Source: Octopus sinensis
Lineage: Eukaryota
Assembly (NCBI RefSeq): GCF_006345805.1
Contig: NC_042997.1
Span: 157,604,001 to 157,668,000 of the forward strand
Reading direction: 5' to 3'
DNA: 64,000 nt
Shown piece by piece: positions 56,530 to 64,000 of the stretch. The notes below the pieces were generated by a model. That model saw nothing but the letters and a program-made list of their open reading frames with translations, did no database searches and had not been told where the DNA came from. The position numbers and the translations under genes are program-made. Each line of letters begins with the position of its first letter. Positions within the stretch are counted from its first letter, which is position 1.

Positions 56530-57540
56530 GATAGTGTGACCCGAAAATATTATACCAGACTTAGGAAAATATAGCAGTCGGAACTCTACAAGTGCTGATC
56601 CCAACATATGGGATATTTGAATGGTCTGTAGAGGAAATCCGCTCCATAGATATCAAAACCCGCAAAATCCTGACAACAACTGGGAACTTCGACAGAAACA
56701 GTGACGTTGACAGGTCTGAGATCAGTGCAGCACCAGCTAAACAACAGCAGCAAAAATAAATATATTAATACAGTGCTGCAAAATAAAGTGAGCAATATTG
56801 TACGAGTTGGCGGTAAGCTCCCCGAGAAACACTTTCTTCCTGATGATCTATATAGCCCCAAAACAGCTGGGCTCTTTTACTTCAGAGAAGACCTGGATGG
56901 AAAACACTCAGCATACATACAAAATACCATGTATGGGTATGTTGCCCGGAAGCTTGAACTAGAGAGACAGTGACGCTCTTGTAATCCCAAGGTGCAACTG
57001 CATGTGTAGGCTATGTCATGTTTCTGTGGAAGACATCACGCATGTTATTAGCAGCTGTCCTAAAATGTCGTCACGGTACTACCTCCCTATGCAGCACGAT
57101 GTTGTTGCTAATACAATTTACAATACCACCCGCAAAAAGACTGTCCTGAAATAAACTTAGAAAAACGCTCTGTTATGGAATACATTCATAAACACCAATT
57201 CAGGGAATACTTGTGGAATATTCCCATCAAAACCTCTGTCAAATGTAAGCATAACAGGCAGCATATTGTCGTTTGGAACAGAGGAGCAAAGGCATGCACC
57301 ATCATAGAGGTTAGCTGCCCTGAAGACATAAATATCTCTTTGAAAATCAAAGAAAAAGAAGATATCTATGGACAACCGTTTCGAAACCCCAGCTTCTTTA
57401 TTCAGACTATGAATGTGTGTACGCAACGGTTTTCCATATTTGTACCTATGAAATTCTCTAACAAGATATTGGTCGGCTCGGAAGTGCAGCAGAAGATATT
57501 TAATCAAGGTATCACGAGTTGAAACCTAACCCATGTTGTT
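56530..57540 (+). pseudogene. 3' relic of an RLE-type non-LTR retrotransposon (R4/Dong- or NeSL-like)
   Basis: Across frames: IDIKTRKIL..TGNFDRNSDVDR (post-RT), CHVSVEDITHVISSCPKMSSRYYLPMQHD (CCHC knuckle), YLWNIPIKT..KHNRQHIVVW...IIEVSCP.D.N...KIKEKED.Y (PD-(D/E)xK endonuclease). Confidence 0.85.
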
Positions 57541-58249
57541 GCAAAGAAGCTTCTAAACTATATATCTATGCCAGGGCCTATATAGGAAGCCATCGATGAA
57601 AAATTACGCTTTCATAATATTTTGTCATCAAGACAGTAGACGGAATAGCTTTTGAAGTAGAACTCTTTAAAACATGTCATAATAATGTAACTCATCCATC
57701 TGATGGCCAATCGACAGAATTATTAGAGCGTCGGACAGAATGCGTTGCTGTATACGATCTTAGTACGAATCCAAACGAGGTTAACTTTGCCACTGATCCT
57801 TACGATATCAATAAAAGAAAGTAAATCAAATACTAAGGCCAATTTATTCGACTGTAAATCTTTCCTAAATTTCTAACCACGTGCCTATTTTAAAAACGCT
57901 GATAATATAATCCGATTTCGATTTTCGACTGTAGGCACTATATTTCATTTAGTTGGATAAAGTTCATGAGAAAAGACATAAATCACAGTATGGACATTAA
58001 TTCACCTAAAAGTTTAGATTCTGTTTCTGCCTTCAGAATGCAACGTAAAACCGTTTATACTTTTGTTAGGGGACTATTAAACTCGTTAGAAGAAACACGC
58101 CCAAAGATGGCTTCATTTCTTGCCAAAACGATTAGAATGATGTTAGTCATTGAACTAATGTATTTTCGTAATCGAAATATGTATTTTTAATGCTTATTAC
58201 ATTAATTATATTGACACTAACTGAACTATTAACCTTGTTGATATATGCT

Positions 58250-58480
58250 TCTTCTAAAAGGACGTGTGCTGGTAGAGTCGTTAGCATAGGGGCTGAATAC
58301 TTAACGGAGTTTCTTCCGTTTTTACGCTATGAGTTTGAATTCTGTCGTGGTAGACTTTGCTTTTTATCTTTTCGGGATGGATGAAATACGTACCTGTTGA
58401 GCATTACGATTTAATGTAATCAACTTAACCACAAATTACTGACTTTGTTCCAAAATTTGAAACTAATATATGCTACCAAA
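58250..58480 (+). mobile_element. Old degenerate SINE family A copy
   Basis: GAGTTTGAATTCTGTCGTGGTAGACTTTGCTTTTTATCTTTTCGGG. Confidence 0.6.
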
Positions 58481-58904
58481 CGATTTCTATTAGTCAATTT
58501 AACTTGCTTTCTTGCCAGGAATTTCTAAGAGAGCTCGCGAAGTTCATGGAAGCATCCTGCCCCAAGAACAATGTAATATAACAGGTAGGTTCTGAACAAT
58601 GAAACCTATAATCAAAGGTTTTCTATCCTTGGCATTCTCATTATACTTGGCTGCATTAACCAATACGCTTTTCCTTTTATTCTTTAAAAGACGATGAGGT
58701 TTTATTTGACAGTTTGTTCATGCAGAGTGAGTGACCATGTAAAAGTCTATTCATGCAGGACGGGTGACCACCTAAAGGTTCGTCACATCTTTGACTGGAT
58801 AATAAATGAAAGGATGGTTTTAGAGATAAAATAAATATCGTCGCCTGACTGTTAGCAGGTCATTTCAGTATCCTTAGTAAGCCGTTGAGCCGTAACCCTT
58901 AAAA

Positions 58905-59090
58905 ATGCTTTCAAATGGTTTCAAATTTTGGCCCAAAGCCAGCAATTTCGGGAAAGTGGGTATATCGATTACATCGACCCCAGTGTTCAGCTGGTGCTTA
59001 TTTTATCGACTCAGAAAGGATGAAAGGCTAACTCAACCAAGGCAGAATTTGAACTCAGAACGAGCTAACAATCTCTGCCAGCTCGTAGCC
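58905..59090 (-). mobile_element. SINE family A copy (deleted)
   Basis: CGATTACATCGACCCCAGTG...GAAAGGATGAAAGG...GAATTTGAACTCAGAAC. Confidence 0.75.
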
Positions 59091-59733
59091 TTCGTAACCA
59101 TTAATAATAGACTGACATTATACCAATTCTACATATTTTACCTATAATTATCAGGTTAAATACTACTATATTGCTTAGAAGAGATTTAAAGACTACAGTA
59201 TGGTGTATAATTTCTTCGAATGAATATTAGCATCTGAAATGAAATAAAGTAGTTACTATCGAGAATAGAAACTGTGTTATATTAATTTCTTTCCATAAGG
59301 ATCCATTCAACCCCATTATTTCAGGTTATGGACTACGTCTTCAGATCAATCATATTGCCGCATGGTTCGAAATTTAAGGCTATGGGCTGATATTTGAACA
59401 TAAGAAGTATCATTTTACAAAGAGAATGACGTAGAGTCTGATGCATGAAAAACTAAACTTGCGGAAATGACCTAAACATTTGTTACGTAAATTTAGAATT
59501 ATTAATTATGAAATTTAGTCTGTGAGAGGAAAGATTTTGTTCCCACCAGACTATATAGCACTTCATCTATAAGTGTATAACATACATACACATACATACG
59601 CATACACAGCCTCACACTTATGTACATGCACACATAGACACACGCATCGACAATAACATAATGTGGTGTGTGTGTGTGTGTATGTGTACACAGTAATAAA
59701 TAAGCTATTAAATACATATACATGTATGTATGC

Positions 59734-59767
<34 letters not shown>

Positions 59768-60701
59768 GCACGCACATACTTACATACATACATAGTTTCA
59801 GATATTCTCACATGCACAACACCCAAATCCAAACATTTTGTATTTATGCCAAGAAAACTTCAAAATTGAATTTGTAAATCCGTTTCAATATATGTGACCT
59901 TTGGATCATTTCAAGTGTGACCTTTTCCATTGTCTACGCTGCAACGCTAATTGAAGTTAGCGTGTGGCAAACTCAGACAAGTATTATTTTTCTTAAAGTG
60001 TAAGTTTGACACATGAAATTACTGTTTTAATTGTTTCATATATGAAGTAACCAGAAGCAAAGCTTCGCCTTGTATACCGTTCTTGTAATATAATTAAAAG
60101 TACAAAATAAAAGATTTTTTTTGTTTACTCATTAATATATTTTAAGCATTGTTTTTGTAACCTTCAGATGATGGGGGAGTTACAGAAATGCTAATGTTCT
60201 AAATGATTTAGAATAATTAGCCTTGTCTTTCGGCGACGTAAGATCAAATCCTGCTGGCGTTGTATCGAATTTGGGGTTCAACTACTAGTAAAAAAACAAT
60301 CAAGTACTGTCTGGAATTCGGGGACTCATAGATTGCCTATACGGTTTCTGTGGCATATAAATGACTGAGATCACAACAGTGACCTAGAGCGGCACACCAG
60401 CCCGTCACAGATTTATTCCGTCACAGCTGAGTGAACTGGAGCAACGTGAAATGATGTGCTAGGATCAAGAACACAACGCACCACTTTAATCATGTGTTAA
60501 ATGGACTAACCGCTAGGTCACAGTGCGTGATAAAAAAAAAAATTACCAATTACTGTTGTTTTGCAGTCGATTAAATCGACTAAATTTCTGCGACATTTCT
60601 GCAGTCGATTAAAGACTAAATTTCAATCCAAATAATTAATGATTGTGTGTGTGTATACGTGTGTGTGCGTGTACACACACATACACACAGACGCACATAT
60701 A

Positions 60702-61030
60702 TGAAGGCGCATGGCTTAGTGGTAAGAGCGTCGGGCTTACAATCATGAGGTAGTGAGTTCGATTTCTGGACCGAGCTGTGTGTTGTGTTCTTGAGCAAGA
60801 AACTTCATTTCACGTTGCTCCAGTTCACTCAGCTGTAGAAATAAGTTGCGGCGTCACTGGTGCCAAACTGTATCAGCCTTTGCCTTTCCCTTCGATAACG
60901 TTAGTGGTGTGGAGATGGGAGGCTGGTATGCATGGGCACTTGCTGGGTTTCCCTAAAACAACCTTACCCGGACTTGTGCTTCGGAAGGGAACTTTCTACG
61001 GGCAATCCCATGGTCATTCACGATTGAAGG
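60702..61030 (+). mobile_element. tRNA-derived SINE with CORE/V-like domain and a tail different from 40030-40365
   Basis: A-box TGGCTTAGTGG, B-box GAGTTCGATT, GTGTTCTTGAGCAAGAAACTTCATTTCACGTTGCTCCAG. Confidence 0.78.
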
Positions 61031-62306
61031 AGGTCTTTACCCTTTATATATAACCATTCTGGAAGAAACATGGGCTGCCTTTGACAACTTATTTGATGAG
61101 CGGGACAAGTTGTTAGTCACAACGGTGGTCACAACAATTAGAATTCTCAACAGATTTTGGAAACATGAAACATTTGAAAAAGAAGACAACCAAAAAACTA
61201 ATAGTGTGAAACTAACAGACGTAAACCGAGACAGTCAAATGTTGACAAACAGTTTAAGTGCAAGCTTTTATGACATTGACAACAGGCAATTCATTGTTTA
61301 TTCATGTAAGCCATCCAGAGGAATACTTTAGATATTGGACAAATAATTAAAAGTAATTGAGAGAAAAGGGAAGATGGTGCTTTCCGATCGGAGGAATTCA
61401 CCCAAGGAAGGGTAAGAAAGAAAATAATATATCGTTTTCTTTTAACGAAAAATTAAAGAAGCTTTCGTATATTGTCGGAGTAAGATGTAGAGAAAATATT
61501 GCCTAAAGTGTGAAAAGTTGCTTTGCTTTTTTTGACCAAGAAGGCAAAAAGAAAGTATGGATTTTGTATTAGAAATCTGGGACGAGGTAACTGGCTGAAC
61601 ATAAATCGGCCTCAGGAAAAAAAAAAAAAATTTCGAGAAATGTGTTACGAGTAATTTTTTGATCGAGGGAAGGGGTTCTTTCCTCTTCCCCTAAAGAACA
61701 GCTGGCTAATGTGTGAAATGTTCTTTTCAACCGACCGGGGTAAGGTATATTGAAACGAGTGGTCAATCTTTAAAACTGAAGATTATGCAACTTTGAATGT
61801 TTATCAAACTCATATCAATTGGAATAATTGTAGGAATCACCCTTGAAGAAAATGCATTTATCCTCTACCCCAATAAAGATTGTATTATGGATGCGATTGA
61901 AAGGACTGAATTCAGACATTGTTTTTTTAGAGCAGCCCATATCCGCTTTTTCATGTTCTACTAAGAAAGGGAGATGGGGAGTGATTTACAGTTCTTCAGA
62001 AAATTTGATGAAATGTCGGTGAGAATGATGAGCGCAATTCTAAGTGGATGAACCAACACTCATTACGTACCTTTAGGCTGGGAAGTGACAGTTGGGTTAG
62101 GGCTTTTGCTTTGGTGGTCTGGATAATCTTGGACTTGTGAGGTTCCTTTATTTCTTCAATAAGATAGCATTCTATTAGAACACTTTCCTTGTTCATATTT
62201 TATTTATTGCTAATTGTTATTGCTACCATATTCTTGCGTAAACTCTCACAGTTTTATATTTCCCTATGCTCAACCTTACGCTTAAGCCTCTTGTGACCAA
62301 TTAAAA

Positions 62307-62320
62307 CGTTGTTGTTGTTG

Positions 62321-62396
<76 letters not shown>
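62307..62396. repeat. (GTT)n(ATT)n microsatellite
   Basis: Direct reading; a second (ATT)n tract lies at 62612-62715. Confidence 0.95.
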
Positions 62397-62398
<2 letters not shown>

Positions 62399-62620
62399 TA
62401 TGTTTGACTTTTGCTTTATGTCTGTACAAGTTGGCTCCAAGTCTCACCCAGAGACCTCAAGAGACAACAGGTTGGAAGTCACGTTGTTGTTATGCCTAGT
62501 GTGCCATATATTTTTTTTCGGTGTTGTGCTAGTGAATGTCTAATATATAATTTAAAAAAAAAGGTTGTTTTAAACCTTGGGATTACATAGAGAGTATTTT
62601 GCGTAGGATATTATTATTAC

Positions 62621-62685
<65 letters not shown>

Positions 62686-63702
62686 ATGACGTTATTGTTA
62701 TTATTATTATTGTTGTTGCTACGGTTTCTGCTGTGATTTTGATTTGAGAAATACATCAAGAGTTACTTTCCCTGCAACAACACTTAGGCATATCTTAAAG
62801 GTTCAGGATTGAATTACTCTAACGGCTACACAAAACGTTCAAGTTTAACAAATATGGTTGAGATTTCCCTAACACTGTTTACAGCGTTCGTATTACTATT
62901 TTCAAGAATGTGCCTTTAGAGGTAACTTGTCAAAGTCATTACAGAAATTCTTCGGTATTTGTGCAGTTATGCCTACAACAAATGCTGTGGTAGACGCATT
63001 CATTAACTACTAGTTTCCTAATTTTTCGATTGTATTGCGCACAATATTATATTCATTTTGAATAGCTATGACGATATTTTAGCGTACTGCTGTCATTTGA
63101 AAAAATTCCTGTCTGATATGGAATACTGTGGTTCACATTGATCGAGAAAGAGCATATGAGACTATATCAGTCTGAGCTTCCAAATCTAAGACGAAGTGAG
63201 ATATCAGGTGGAATTGGTACAGCACACACCTGATATCGCTTCATGCTGAAATGTTTAGGGCTGCAGAACACATTGGTAGCAGCGACAGCAATTAATGTAA
63301 CTATTTGCAAATCAAAATATATTCGGTCAATAATTTTCACACAAGAACTGCATTATTCCTCTATGGTACTATTCTCTTAAAATTTCCCATGTTATATGGA
63401 CCAAGAAATTCGTGCTTTGGCACATATAAAATTGGTCTCAAATCACAGAGAGTACATTTATAAAGCTCGACTGAAATGATAAATACAATTAACGCTGGGT
63501 TGTTCTAAAAGAAAAATTAGAAAAATTATAAGGTCACGTGAATAAGGCATATTTTTCACATAGTTGCCTATCAAGAAATTCAGAATATGAATAAATAAAT
63601 AAGCTACAGTAAAATAAAATAAATAAGTAAAAGGAAAGAAAAAAGAATATACATGCAGAAATACACACATATTTCAAAACTTTTATATGTATATGTATAT
63701 TG

Positions 63703-63736
<34 letters not shown>

Positions 63737-63818
63737 GTATGAGTGTGTCTATGTATAAATATGTACGTAAATGAGTTTGTGAGCGTGCGAGCAAGTGTGA
63801 ATGAGCGTGCGTGTATGC

Positions 63819-63862
<44 letters not shown>

Positions 63863-64000
63863 CATTTCCTGCATGAATGCAAGACTTGCGATGCATACCG
63901 AACATATTTATTATAAATGAATACAAATAACAAATCCCATATTTATAGAAATATTTCATTTTTATGAGAGACGTCAGGAAAGAGGCTACATGTGTTCTAT

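Noticed and set aside
61996-62196. 66-aa ORF with a good donor site (AAG|GTACGT) or a GIY-YIG-like C-terminus
   Set aside because: Acceptor is weak and similarity too slight to support either interpretation.

Overview
This is AT-rich, microsatellite-dense eukaryotic intergenic or intronic DNA. The tRNA-derived SINE families look like those of Octopus (inferred from recalled family sequences, not from a search). I recognise no host protein-coding exon; almost all of the ORF track is microsatellite or repeat noise. Content: dozens of tRNA-derived SINEs in at least 4 families; a 3.8-kb hAT transposon (35058-38841) with TIRs, an 8-bp TSD and a transposase broken almost only by 1-nt indels; several Tc1/mariner relics, including a foldback; two MITEs with clean TIRs/TSDs, one carrying telomeric TTAGGG repeats; L1/Tx1-like and RLE-type LINE relics; and a ~2.14-kb near-identical tandem duplication joined at (CA)n tracts. 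The most interesting signal is a set of minimal type I hammerhead ribozyme motifs (CUGANGA...GAAA...GUH, stems checked by hand). They come from several unrelated Penelope-like repeat families and usually lie in inverted-repeat structures beside (TA)n tracts. One family joins a tRNA-derived Pol III head to an (AAT)n linker and a hammerhead, and occurs as a head-to-head palindrome (26042-26599). All folds and alignments were done by eye, and repeat boundaries are approximate unless a TIR or TSD is quoted.
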